DNA from: Candidatus Heimdallarchaeota archaeon
Lineage (GTDB): Archaea > Asgardarchaeota > Heimdallarchaeia > Heimdallarchaeales > Heimdallarchaeaceae
Direction: 5' to 3'
DNA length: 64,000 bases
Assembly: GCA_019057375.1 (NCBI GenBank)
Contig: DXJF01000148.1
Span: 1-64,000 of the forward strand
Positions 1-9,586 of the stretch are shown here, piece by piece. Numbering within the stretch: the first letter of the stretch is position 1; every line of letters begins with the position of its first letter. The position numbers and the translations under genes were made by a program. Below the pieces are notes generated by a model, which saw only the letters and a list, made by a program, of their open reading frames with translations, had not been told where the DNA came from and ran no database searches.

Positions 1-597
1 GTCAGATTTGAAAATGGCATCAAATAAAATTAATGCTTGTGAGTATGAAATTGGAGCCACTAGATATAAAACCGTATCAACGAGAGAGGGATTTTGAATA
101 TTGAAAACACCCAAACTTATATTATAGAATTGTTGAACAACACTATTCACAAATTGATATATTGCCTTAATACGCTCGTAGTTTTGTGTTCTCAGTGTAA
201 GTTTGATCACTAAACCATCGGGGTACTTCCAAAGAGGATTAGTCCAGATTTTTGAAAATGAGGATTGATTTGCTACAATGAAATCAATTTGATTGACATA
301 TGTGAGTTCAGATCTAGAAAGGTCAAGAGGTGTTCGAAGTAAACCTCCATCTAGCTCTAGTGAAGCTATGACAGAGTCGGCTTTTCCAACAATAATATCA
401 AATTTTTCTTGAAAAAGAAGTAATTGTTCTTCAGCCATTACAAAGGATGGGGTTGTGTTAGAACTAGCAGAATAAGCACCCCCAATAAGAATAGGTGTTG
501 ATACTATAGAAGAGAGGAATAAAATGAGTACCACAAGAATTTTATGAAATGGTGGGGCTATTCTATTCTTTAAATGTTGGAGTTTTTTGGTACTCAT
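1..597 (-). CDS. Hypothetical secreted or membrane-anchored protein (partial, runs off the left edge)
   Basis: Hand translation: ATG at 597 gives MSTKKLQHLKNRIAPPFHKILVVLILFLSSIVSTPILIGG... (basic N-terminus then a hydrophobic stretch), open to position 1. Not in the ORF track because it lacks a stop. Confidence 0.75.
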   Translation of the reverse strand, partial: MSTKKLQHLKNRIAPPFHKILVVLILFLSSIVSTPILIGGAYSASSNTTPSFVMAEEQLLLFQEKFDIIVGKADSVIASLELDGGLLRTPLDLSRSELTYVNQIDFIVANQSSFSKIWTNPLWKYPDGLVIKLTLRTQNYERIKAIYQFVNSVVQQFYNISLGVFNIQNPSLVDTVLYLVAPISYSQALILFDAIFKSD

Positions 598-694
598 CAA
601 ACATTCCCCTCAATATTTCTTATGTTCACGTTTATTGATAAGCATTTATTTCTATAAATTTTAAAGTATTCAGTTCTAATTTTCTCGAACTTCG

Positions 695-1564
695 TCATAT
701 CGAGACCTCCAACAAGTTCATTATAATGAACGATAAGGCATTAATCATAAAAACTACAAATAGAGCAGTCACTCCTGCCTTTTCAAATCTTATTTCTTTA
801 ATAACTACTATGGCTTCTAAAAGAAAACCAACGAAAAATAATTGAAAAATAAAAATCAAAATGATAAACCAGACATCAAGCTCAAAAAGTGATGTAGGGT
901 ACGTAAAATCAAAAACAAACGATAGAATCACAGTTAGTAAAATCATTGGAATTTGCACTATAATAACGCTTTGTAGCAGAGCCAATTTTCTAGAAGTTCT
1001 ACGAAATAGTAGAGAAAGTAAAGTCTCACAAATCAAATAAGTAACAACTGTGGTAATCATGAAGATAAAAGGGGCAACAAAATCTGGTGTTATGAATGAG
1101 GGGAATAAAAATATAGGAACAGCTGATATGAAATATGTTGAAACGAGCAATCCTATGAACATAAGGAGTGTAAAACCAAGTGATCTAATTGGATCATTTT
1201 TTATAAATTTAAAAACTGGACGAAGGAAAATATAGTGTAAAAAGGCAAACTTTCCATAAGCTACTTGGCTCGGGGCTGAAACGTCCAATTCATCCTCAAT
1301 CAATGCATAAGAGCGTTTTCCTTTTTCTGTTAAGAAATATCGTTTTGTAGAATCCTGTGAAATCAGAAATCCTAGAGTATCAAGATGGTGATAAAGTGTT
1401 CCCACTTTCATTTGAAAGCGATCTTGAATCTCTGTAAAGGAAACAATCTTCCCTTCTCCAATAAAGCATAGCAAATCTCTTCTAATTTGATTGGAGAGAG
1501 CTTTCCAAATTTCAGGAGAAGATTGTTTCTTAGAATTCATATAACTAATAAGTAAAATGGACAA
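695..1564 (-). CDS. ArsR-like winged-HTH protein fused to a multi-pass membrane domain
   Basis: N-terminus 'IWKALSNQIRRDLL...GTLYHHLDTL...YFLTEKG' fits ArsR-type wHTH. The C-terminal ~170 aa has about five hydrophobic segments. Confidence 0.7.
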   Translation of the reverse strand: MSILLISYMNSKKQSSPEIWKALSNQIRRDLLCFIGEGKIVSFTEIQDRFQMKVGTLYHHLDTLGFLISQDSTKRYFLTEKGKRSYALIEDELDVSAPSQVAYGKFAFLHYIFLRPVFKFIKNDPIRSLGFTLLMFIGLLVSTYFISAVPIFLFPSFITPDFVAPFIFMITTVVTYLICETLLSLLFRRTSRKLALLQSVIIVQIPMILLTVILSFVFDFTYPTSLFELDVWFIILIFIFQLFFVGFLLEAIVVIKEIRFEKAGVTALFVVFMINALSFIIMNLLEVSI

Positions 1565-1590
1565 TCTGTAATTTAAAACTTGGCTTATTA

Positions 1591-2715
1591 TTAATGTCTC
1601 TTAATTATGTTGTATAGAGTATTTCGCTGTACAGGAATCCTATTCGCATCACGTATGAGTTCAACAAATTCTTCAATACTTTTTTCTTCTCCAAAAGTAC
1701 CTCCTGCACTTTTAGTGATTTCTTCTGTGAAAATGGTTCCACCTAGATCATTCACTCCAGAACCTAATATTACTTGGGAAAACTTTGGACCCAACTTCAC
1801 CCATGAGACTTGAAGATTAGGGATTATCTCTCCTAAATACAGTCTTGCAGTACTGAATAATGCTAAGTCGTGCATTCCCGTACTACTTGGACGTGCTCCA
1901 AAGTATTTGTAGAGGACAGTATTTGTATGTACAAATGGAAGAGGAACAAATTCAGTAAACCCTTTTGAAATTGATTGTATGTGTTTTATTATTGCTAAAT
2001 GTTCAGCTTCATCAGCAAGAGATTCTATGTGACCATACATTATTGTAGAAGTTGATTTTAAACCACTTGAATGGCCTGTAATTACAATGTTTACCCATTG
2101 TTCTGTTGATATTTTATCGGGACAGATAATCTTTCTAACATCATCTACAAGAATTTCCGCTGCTGTTCCTGGAAAGGAATCAAGTCCATGATTCGCTAAA
2201 TCTTTGAATACATCCTCAACACTTTCCTCAGATATTTGAGACAAATAAGCTATTTCTGAAGGTGAAAAACCATGGATGTGAATATCATAGGATATTGATT
2301 TAATTGCTTTAAGAAGTCCAACATAATAATCATAATTCAGCTTAGGATCTAGTCCACCCTGTATGCAAATTTCTGAACACCCACGAGCTACTGCTTTCTC
2401 AGCTTCTATTTTGATATCTTCAAGAGACATTCTAGAGTTAGCAAGGTCCTCTGTTTCACCTTTTAAACTATAAGAACAGAATCTACAAGTCCCCAAACAA
2501 TAACGAGAAAAATTGATATTTTGATTAACAACAAATGAAACATTATCTCCAACTTGTTGAGACCGCAAATCATCAGCTAAGGAGGTTTGAATCCATAGTT
2601 CTTTTCCTCTCTTTTTTAGCATTTTTGTGAGATTATTAATTTCTTTTTGATGTGATTCTTTGAATGTAGCTAAATCACATACAAGATCAATTTTCGGAGG
2701 TGCTAAATTTTTCAT
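1591..2715 (-). CDS. cofH: FO synthase subunit CofH (radical SAM)
   Basis: NxNINFS...CLGTCRFC radical-SAM motif, EICIQGG, FPGTAAEIL, TSTIMYGHIE, NLQVSWVKLG, NDLGGT; adjacent to cofG. Confidence 0.9.
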   Translation of the reverse strand: MKNLAPPKIDLVCDLATFKESHQKEINNLTKMLKKRGKELWIQTSLADDLRSQQVGDNVSFVVNQNINFSRYCLGTCRFCSYSLKGETEDLANSRMSLEDIKIEAEKAVARGCSEICIQGGLDPKLNYDYYVGLLKAIKSISYDIHIHGFSPSEIAYLSQISEESVEDVFKDLANHGLDSFPGTAAEILVDDVRKIICPDKISTEQWVNIVITGHSSGLKSTSTIMYGHIESLADEAEHLAIIKHIQSISKGFTEFVPLPFVHTNTVLYKYFGARPSSTGMHDLALFSTARLYLGEIIPNLQVSWVKLGPKFSQVILGSGVNDLGGTIFTEEITKSAGGTFGEEKSIEEFVELIRDANRIPVQRNTLYNIIKRH

Positions 2716-3787
2716 CTACCTTGAATTCCTCAATTATTCCGCGCATTCTAGTGTTTAAATACTTTTCATATTGAGGATAAACCGGGAGTCTCTCTTCTAG
2801 CGAAAATCCTGCTAAATTAAGTTCTTTAATCAAGTATTGTTCTTCTTGCCATATCATGTTTGGATTAATATAATCGATAGTGATTGGAGAGATTCCCCCC
2901 ACATCGTTTGCTCCATGATTGATAGCAGTAATAATTCTCTCTCGATTAAGATTGGGTGGGACTTGAATACTTACTTCAGCTGGAAGAATTTCACGTGCCA
3001 AAGCAATGGTTATTAGAACATCTTCTTCCCTAGGGGCAGGATGGTCTGACATAGGAGTATTTTCTTGAGGGTTGAAATTTTGAACAATTACTTCTTGAAT
3101 ATGATTATATTTCCTACTTAAATCTGCAATTAGTATGAGAGATTCTATCCGCTCTTGCCATGTTTCTCCAATTCCGACAAGAATTCCTGTTGTAAATGGA
3201 ATCTTTAGTTTTCCCGCATTTTCTATTGTATTAATTCGTAAGGTCGGATTCTTACCTGGGGAATTTTGGTGAGGTTTCCCCTCTTCCATCAATCTTAAGC
3301 TGTGTGTTTCCAGCATCAAACCCATGCTCGCGTTTGTTTGTTTTAATAAGTTTAAATCTGAAGAAGTCAATACGCCCAAATTAGAGTGAGGTAAAAGATG
3401 TTGTTCCAAAGCTACTCCACACAAATAATTAACATATTCTACAGTAGTTTGAAATTTTAATGCTTTAAGAAATTTCAATGCTGATTGATATTTTTCCTCT
3501 GGTTTCTCACCTAGGGTGATTAGAACTTCTTTACATTCCTCAGCTTTTGCTTTCATTATTATTTTCATGTAATCTTTAGGAAGAATCCAAGTATTAGGAT
3601 CATCTGAAACAAAACTACAATAACCGCAACGATTACGACATTGATGAGTTACTGGGACAAAGACATTTCGGGAAAATGTAATATGTTTGCCATATTTTTT
3701 TTCTCTCTTGGCTTCAGCTTTGCTTATTAATTCATCTCGATCATCTTTAAGCAAATGTAAAAACTCATCAAAGCTCATCTTACTCAT
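2687..3787 (-). CDS. cofG: FO synthase subunit CofG (radical SAM)
   Basis: ITFSRNVFVPVTHQCRNRCGYC, SMGLMLE, PFTTGILVGIGE, EVIVQNF, IQVPPNL, NDVGGISP, LEERLPVYP are CofG motifs. Confidence 0.92.
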   Translation of the reverse strand: MSKMSFDEFLHLLKDDRDELISKAEAKREKKYGKHITFSRNVFVPVTHQCRNRCGYCSFVSDDPNTWILPKDYMKIIMKAKAEECKEVLITLGEKPEEKYQSALKFLKALKFQTTVEYVNYLCGVALEQHLLPHSNLGVLTSSDLNLLKQTNASMGLMLETHSLRLMEEGKPHQNSPGKNPTLRINTIENAGKLKIPFTTGILVGIGETWQERIESLILIADLSRKYNHIQEVIVQNFNPQENTPMSDHPAPREEDVLITIALAREILPAEVSIQVPPNLNRERIITAINHGANDVGGISPITIDYINPNMIWQEEQYLIKELNLAGFSLEERLPVYPQYEKYLNTRMRGIIEEFKVDEKFSTSEN

Positions 3788-4460
3788 CTTTTTTTAGTTT
3801 TAGAGTAACTAGATAGCCCTCATGTAATTTATTCACCGTCTGTATTTCACAGTTAATTGCGTCTCCAATATTGTGAATAGCTTCTTGTTCGAACAAAAGT
3901 TTTGCATTTTTTCCTCCAACAAAAACTGGGGCATAAAAAATGTGCATGATGTCCACCAATCTATTAGTTAAGAACTGTGTAATCACTGTTGAACCCCCTT
4001 CTACCAGCAACTTATTAATTCTAAATTGAGTTTTCAAGATTTTCAATACTTCAGTCAAATTCAGATATCTTTTATTTTCTTCAAATTCTACAGAAGTTAC
4101 TTTTGCTCCGAGTTTTCTAATTTCATCTTGTTTATTTACTGAACATTCCTTGGATGTAATAATAATTGAGGGCAATCTTTCTTGGTCTTGAAGAACTTTC
4201 GCTGTCAAAGGAATTTTGCATTTAGTATCCAAAATTACCCTTAATGGAGCAGGTACTTTAGGTTTGATATATCTAACAGATAACAAAGGGTCATCCTTGA
4301 GAATTGTATTTACACCAACAAGAATTGCATCAACAGAGTTTCTTAATTCATGTACTCTTACCCAATCTTCAGTTGTTGATAAAATCAGGGCCCCTTCACT
4401 AGAAGCGATTGCACCATCTAAAGAACTAGCAACATTTACAATTACTTCAGGTTTTTCCAC
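3780..4460 (-). CDS. arfC: 2,5-diamino-6-(ribosylamino)-4(3H)-pyrimidinone 5'-phosphate reductase (stand-alone RibD C-terminal reductase)
   Basis: ASSLDGAIA, VHELRNSVDAILVGVNTILKDDPLL, LRVILD and LLVEGG motifs; no deaminase domain; in an operon with cofGH. Confidence 0.85.
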   Translation of the reverse strand: MEKPEVIVNVASSLDGAIASSEGALILSTTEDWVRVHELRNSVDAILVGVNTILKDDPLLSVRYIKPKVPAPLRVILDTKCKIPLTAKVLQDQERLPSIIITSKECSVNKQDEIRKLGAKVTSVEFEENKRYLNLTEVLKILKTQFRINKLLVEGGSTVITQFLTNRLVDIMHIFYAPVFVGGKNAKLLFEQEAIHNIGDAINCEIQTVNKLHEGYLVTLKLKKDE

Positions 4461-5599
4461 TTTATCACCTTTCCTTTATACATTTGAAGACGTATATCTG
4501 ATTGGTCTGCTCGCATAGTAATTGCAGAATAAACATCTTTAGAGAATTTTAGATTGTTACTTTCTAAATCTAATGCTAGAAGGTCTCCACTAAAACCAAC
4601 TTCAAGTTGACCAATTTTCTTTTTACTTATTAAACCAGGATTAACGGTTACTGATTTTAAAACTTCCTTTGGTGAAAGATTTTGTTTATTACTTTTGGCA
4701 ATATAAAGTGTGAAAGCCATAAGTCTAAATGGATCGGGATTACAGAAAAGTACATTATCAGTTCCAAGACCAAGCATAATTTTACTTTTTGATATAAGTT
4801 CCAAAGGTGGAAACTTCAATCCATTATACATGCTTGATATAGGACAACAAATAACGTTAATTTTGTTTTTACTTAAAAGTTTGAGTTCTTCTTCTTTTGA
4901 ATAAGTTGCATGAACAATATAGTCAAAGGAATTGCAGTTTCCAATGATTTCTAGATCGCGTTTTCCATATTTTGAGTTTGATTCTGCAATAATCTCTTCT
5001 GATTCAGAAGCATGTATTGCAACTAGTTTAGATGGATTATTCTCTTTTAACTTTGCAATGAGTTTCAAATCATCTTGAGTAACAGAAAAAATATCTCGGA
5101 TACCTAAACCGTCACTTACCTCAATAATTTCTTCCAACGTATCTTCATCTGTCTGACGACCTAAGATTATTCCTCGAATGGAGTATCGTTTTAGTTCATC
5201 TTTTAATAACTCTATTCCCTCAATTCCTTCTTCTCGGAAATCTATGAAAGAAGTATAACCGTTTTGTATAAGAAGGTCTAAAGAATTCTTTATACTTTCA
5301 ATTTTCTCCTCTTTAGAGCTAGTTCTGAATTTAGTATGCTTAACTCCATTTTGACTTACAGCATCTTCTAGATTTAATCCATAAGTTTGATCCTTGAGGA
5401 AAGCATCTCCAACATGTGTATGACCATTGATGAATCCTGGAATAATAACATAAGAAGAAGGTAAAAAATATTTAGTAGGTTTCCGTTCCTTGGAAATATT
5501 GATTATTGTTCCTTCGCCATCTATATGGATACTGACATCTTGAACAAATGTCAAATCAGAGCCGATTAATGCATTTCCACGTACTGTAACCATTTTCAA
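4442..5599 (-). CDS. Metal-dependent amidohydrolase, deaminase class
   Basis: PGFINGHTH (HxH), IHASE (HxxE), VHA, LGTDN and GDLLALD are amidohydrolase TIM-barrel motifs; first gene of the FO operon. Confidence 0.85.
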   Translation of the reverse strand: MKMVTVRGNALIGSDLTFVQDVSIHIDGEGTIINISKERKPTKYFLPSSYVIIPGFINGHTHVGDAFLKDQTYGLNLEDAVSQNGVKHTKFRTSSKEEKIESIKNSLDLLIQNGYTSFIDFREEGIEGIELLKDELKRYSIRGIILGRQTDEDTLEEIIEVSDGLGIRDIFSVTQDDLKLIAKLKENNPSKLVAIHASESEEIIAESNSKYGKRDLEIIGNCNSFDYIVHATYSKEEELKLLSKNKINVICCPISSMYNGLKFPPLELISKSKIMLGLGTDNVLFCNPDPFRLMAFTLYIAKSNKQNLSPKEVLKSVTVNPGLISKKKIGQLEVGFSGDLLALDLESNNLKFSKDVYSAITMRADQSDIRLQMYKGKVIKWKNLK

Positions 5600-5718
5600 G
5601 GGAGCAAGTGTATTTTAAGCTAATAAAGTCTTTGTAGAATTTATAAAAAACATAAGAATCACTAAACTTATAATTCAACCATTTGAAATTAGCCTCAAGG
5701 CACAATTATGTGATAAAA

Positions 5719-7935
5719 ATGGTTCGAGTTAAGAATCCAGACGAAATTAGAGATATGATTAAAAATCATCCTATGGAATTAAGAAGAGTCTTTTCCATAG
5801 CAGCACATATTGATCACGGAAAAACAACTACAAGTGATTATCTTCTTCGCAAAGCAGGTCTGATGTCCGATGCTGATGCAGGAAAAAAAGTAATGATGGA
5901 CTCAGACGAAGAAGAACAGGAAAGAGGTATTACAATCTTTACAAGTGTTGTTCTTCTATCTTATGAATTTGAAGGTCAAACCTATCTTTGTGAAATTAAT
6001 GATACACCCGGTCACATCTCATTTACAGGTGAGGTTAGCAGAGCTCTTCGAGGTAGTGATGGAGTTATTTTACTCGTAGATGCACTTGAAGGTGTAATGA
6101 CTCAAACTGAAACAAATATCAGATTAAGCTTGAATGAACAATGCAAACCAGTTCTGTTCATTAACAAGGTAGACAGACTAATATCAGAGTTAAGATTAGC
6201 ACCTGGAGATGTCTTTCAGAAAATTGACAACATCCTCAATGGTGTGAATAAATTAATCAGGGATAATGCTCCTGAGGGAACAGGAAAAGATTGGCAAGTA
6301 TCCTTTAAAGATGGTTCTGTTGCCGTAGGAAGTGCAAAAGATGGCTGGGCATTCAACATGGCAACCCTACAAAGATTGAAGATAAAACCCCAAGATGTTT
6401 TCGCAAAATACGATGAAGATGATAAAGATTGGTTAAGGGAAAACCTCCCTCTAGAAGAACCATTACTAGAAATGGTTATCAAACATTTACCAAATCCAGT
6501 TGACGGACAAAAAATGAAAATACCAGCGATTTGGGGTGGAGACATAACCAGTCCAGAAGGCCAAGCACTAATAAATTGTGATCGTGATGGTCCATTAATG
6601 GGGATGATCACAAAAATCTTCATTGAACCAAAATCTAAAAGACCAACACTAATTGGAAGAGTTTTCTCTGGTACTTTAAAAAGTTCAGATAGTCTATATC
6701 TTGTTGGTAAAAAAACATCAGCTAGAATTAAACGTCTTGGCGTGATGGAGATTACGGACATTCTAGATGTTGATGAAGTTCCAGCGGGAAATCTATTTGC
6801 GATTTACGGTTTTATAACACCAGCTGGTGAAACCTTTATCCGCGAAGAAGACAAAGGCAAATTTGTTCCATTCGAAGAAATCTCTTATGTAGCTGAACCT
6901 GTTGTTAGTAGAACCATAAAACCAAAAGATCCACAAGACATTGCTAAACTTGGTGAAGTTGTTTCCAAATGGATTATGGCTGATCCAACTGCAGCATTTA
7001 GACACGATCAAGAATCTAAAACATATGTTCTATCTGGAATTGATCCTCTTCAGATTGAAATTTTAGTAACCAGAATTCGAGAACAAGTAGCAATAGAAGT
7101 AAGTGATCCTATCATCGTCTATAGAGAAGTACCAACTAAAGCAGGAGTGTCTGTCCATGCTAAATCACCAAACGGACATAATAGGCTAATGATTCATATT
7201 CAACCTTTGAACCAAGCTACTATTGATCTAATCAAATCAGGAAAAGTAAACAACGATCAAGAAAGAAGAGATAGAGCAATGATTCTTCAACAGGAAGGTG
7301 GTTGGGAAGCTAAAAGAGCTAGAAGAATTTGGTACATTAAAGATTCAAATATGATTATTGATGCAACCACAGGTGTTCAAAGGCTTGATAATATTAAAGC
7401 CTACATTATTCAGGTCTTCGAAGATTTCTGTGAAGGAGCTACTTTGGCTAAAGAGCCATTAATGGGTTCATTATTTACCATTACAGATGCAACTGTTCAC
7501 GTTGATCCAGCTCATACAGGTTTTACTGAAATATTCCAAATGTGTTTAGCAGCATATCATACAACATTTCTAACCAGTGATCCTCAAATACTTGAACCAA
7601 TGCTAATAATCGATATCAAAGTTCCTTCAGATTATGTAGGAAATATGTCTAAGGTAATAACACAGCATAGAGGTATTATTCTAGATATGATACAAGAAGG
7701 AGAAAACACTAGAATACGAGGAAAAGTACCAACAGCAGAAACTATTGATCTTGCAGATGAAATACGTGGAAGCAGTTCAGGTCGAGCTTTCTTTGGTTAT
7801 GAATTTACAGGATTCGAACGTGTTCCAGTAAATCTTGAAACAGAAATTATTGAATCAATTCGTACTCGTAAAGAATTAGCTCCTCAAATTCCAGATGTTT
7901 CAAATTGGGAACGTTTCATGTATAAACGAACCTAA
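5719..7935 (+). CDS. fusA: Elongation factor EF-2, probably the divergent Asgard paralogue (aEF-2p)
   Basis: AHIDHGKTT, ERGITI, DTPGH, NKVD and EF-2 domain II-V similarity. ATG at 5719 follows GTGAT (the track begins at a TTG at 5683). Diphthamide loop reads VHVDPAHTG; not in an S12-S7 operon. Confidence 0.85.
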   Translation: MVRVKNPDEIRDMIKNHPMELRRVFSIAAHIDHGKTTTSDYLLRKAGLMSDADAGKKVMMDSDEEEQERGITIFTSVVLLSYEFEGQTYLCEINDTPGHISFTGEVSRALRGSDGVILLVDALEGVMTQTETNIRLSLNEQCKPVLFINKVDRLISELRLAPGDVFQKIDNILNGVNKLIRDNAPEGTGKDWQVSFKDGSVAVGSAKDGWAFNMATLQRLKIKPQDVFAKYDEDDKDWLRENLPLEEPLLEMVIKHLPNPVDGQKMKIPAIWGGDITSPEGQALINCDRDGPLMGMITKIFIEPKSKRPTLIGRVFSGTLKSSDSLYLVGKKTSARIKRLGVMEITDILDVDEVPAGNLFAIYGFITPAGETFIREEDKGKFVPFEEISYVAEPVVSRTIKPKDPQDIAKLGEVVSKWIMADPTAAFRHDQESKTYVLSGIDPLQIEILVTRIREQVAIEVSDPIIVYREVPTKAGVSVHAKSPNGHNRLMIHIQPLNQATIDLIKSGKVNNDQERRDRAMILQQEGGWEAKRARRIWYIKDSNMIIDATTGVQRLDNIKAYIIQVFEDFCEGATLAKEPLMGSLFTITDATVHVDPAHTGFTEIFQMCLAAYHTTFLTSDPQILEPMLIIDIKVPSDYVGNMSKVITQHRGIILDMIQEGENTRIRGKVPTAETIDLADEIRGSSSGRAFFGYEFTGFERVPVNLETEIIESIRTRKELAPQIPDVSNWERFMYKRT

Positions 7936-7990
7936 AATTTCTTTTTCTAAATTTTCTTTCTTTTTATTTACTTTGGTAAGTATTTTTTGT
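7936..7990 (+). terminator. Oligo-T tracts after EF-2 (archaeal-type terminator, convergent intergenic region)
   Basis: Several T4-T6 runs directly after the stop codon. Confidence 0.4.
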
Positions 7991-8047
7991 AAATATAGTA
8001 AAAAAAGAAATTGAAAAGAGTAAAAAGGAAGAATTGAGTGAAGATCT

Positions 8048-9586
8048 TTATTCTTCTTCCCCTTCACCAAATTCTGTAGTTAATTGTTCATAGAAAGTAT
8101 CTTCTTCAGATATTGGCTCAAGTTCACCTTCTGTTATAACTCCAGGTAGCTCTTCTTCCATAAACTCTTGATCTTCTAGCATTGGATCAAGTGCATCCTC
8201 AAATCTTGATGAGAATCTTTCTTGAATATACCCAATTAGAGAGGTCAGAAGTAATATAAAGACAACTATTGGAATAAGTAATAAAACTACACCTTCTGGT
8301 TGAAGCATTTCTAGAGAATTGTATATCGAAGGCGGATATCGGAGAACGAACAATAATACATCTGGATTTAAAATGACATACAATCCACCTAACATAATTA
8401 GTACTCTAAAAAATACTGATGTAAGAACATAAACTATAGTCATCAAAGGCTTAATAGTAACTGCAGCACCAACTAACTTTTCGTCAACTCTTGAATCACT
8501 GTGAACAAGTCCATCATGATATCTCTGCAGTCGAGCAGTAAGTTTATCTTGTTGACCACCTGGTCTTGCAAACAGAGAATCTGAAGCTTTCTCCAAGAAA
8601 TAAGTCATACCGGAAACACCAAATTTTCTTGCGATCGAACTACCTGTTGCCCCTATGGATTGACCAGCTTTTTTGTCTTCTTCAGTTTCTTCAGCTTCTG
8701 CAGTAAGTATTGGACTCGGAGTCGGAGTCGGAGCTCCTGTAATACCTAATCTGAACTCGCTTAACCTATCAAGTGCTCTTAAAACTCTTTGTTGCCTGCT
8801 TTGCGCCGGGTTCAATATATGAGAGATATATGAGATTTGCAACGATATTTCTAAGAATAAATATGATGATAAGGCAATCAATACTACATCATTCGTGAAT
8901 AGTTCTCCTATATTCTTTGTAGGTGAAAATCTGAAATTACTTTTGAATAGATGTTTTGCACTACCGTAGAAGACTATAAATTGAATACTAACAAAGGCTG
9001 TAGCTGCTGAACGCATATCAGCTCTGAGAAGGAATGCAAATAATGAGATCCCTAATAATATTATAAAAAACATCAGAATTGCTGCTCTAAATATTGCTTT
9101 AAGTGGAAAGATAACATCCATTGAAAAGATATAAACAAATGAAGAGAACATATCCGTTGGATCTGTTCCAAAGAGTATATCGTTATCTATTCCAACAGGA
9201 GGTTGTACATTATTGAATAAATCACCTGTTAGAAAAGCTCGTGCCCCATATAGTATAGCCGCTGCATCAGTAGTTGAAAATGCTAGAAATATCATCAAAG
9301 GTGCCGTGAAGATAATCAAAGCTATCAGTTCGATGAGTATAAACAGGAATTTTAAAGCATCTAGCATATATTTAAGACCACCACCAGGGAATAAATCGGG
9401 ATTACCAAAATCGATTAGAGTAAACAGTTCTACACCGACCCAAACTATAGCACCGATGGCGATTAATCTGCCAATTAGATGAGTTAAAAGAGTCTGGGTT
9501 CTTGCACCTCTTATTCTACTTTGTACTCCTCTTATTCCCAAGTCAATTATTCTTGTATCTGATAAAGATTCCATACTTTTTGTCAC
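8048..9586 (-). CDS. Multi-pass membrane protein, last gene of MoxR operon 1
   Basis: About 8 hydrophobic segments, a Pro/Thr linker and an acidic C-tail; start overlaps the stop of the DUF58 gene. Confidence 0.75.
   Translation of the reverse strand: MTKSMESLSDTRIIDLGIRGVQSRIRGARTQTLLTHLIGRLIAIGAIVWVGVELFTLIDFGNPDLFPGGGLKYMLDALKFLFILIELIALIIFTAPLMIFLAFSTTDAAAILYGARAFLTGDLFNNVQPPVGIDNDILFGTDPTDMFSSFVYIFSMDVIFPLKAIFRAAILMFFIILLGISLFAFLLRADMRSAATAFVSIQFIVFYGSAKHLFKSNFRFSPTKNIGELFTNDVVLIALSSYLFLEISLQISYISHILNPAQSRQQRVLRALDRLSEFRLGITGAPTPTPSPILTAEAEETEEDKKAGQSIGATGSSIARKFGVSGMTYFLEKASDSLFARPGGQQDKLTARLQRYHDGLVHSDSRVDEKLVGAAVTIKPLMTIVYVLTSVFFRVLIMLGGLYVILNPDVLLFVLRYPPSIYNSLEMLQPEGVVLLLIPIVVFILLLTSLIGYIQERFSSRFEDALDPMLEDQEFMEEELPGVITEGELEPISEEDTFYEQLTTEFGEGEEE

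Noticed and set aside
5683-5718. 12-aa N-terminal extension of EF-2
   Set aside because: It starts at TTG; the ATG at 5719 has an RBS-like GTGAT and matches typical EF-2 N-termini.
8712-8737. GGAGTC-type hexamer microrepeat
   Set aside because: Only 2-3 units encoding a PTPTPSP linker; too short to imply phase variation.
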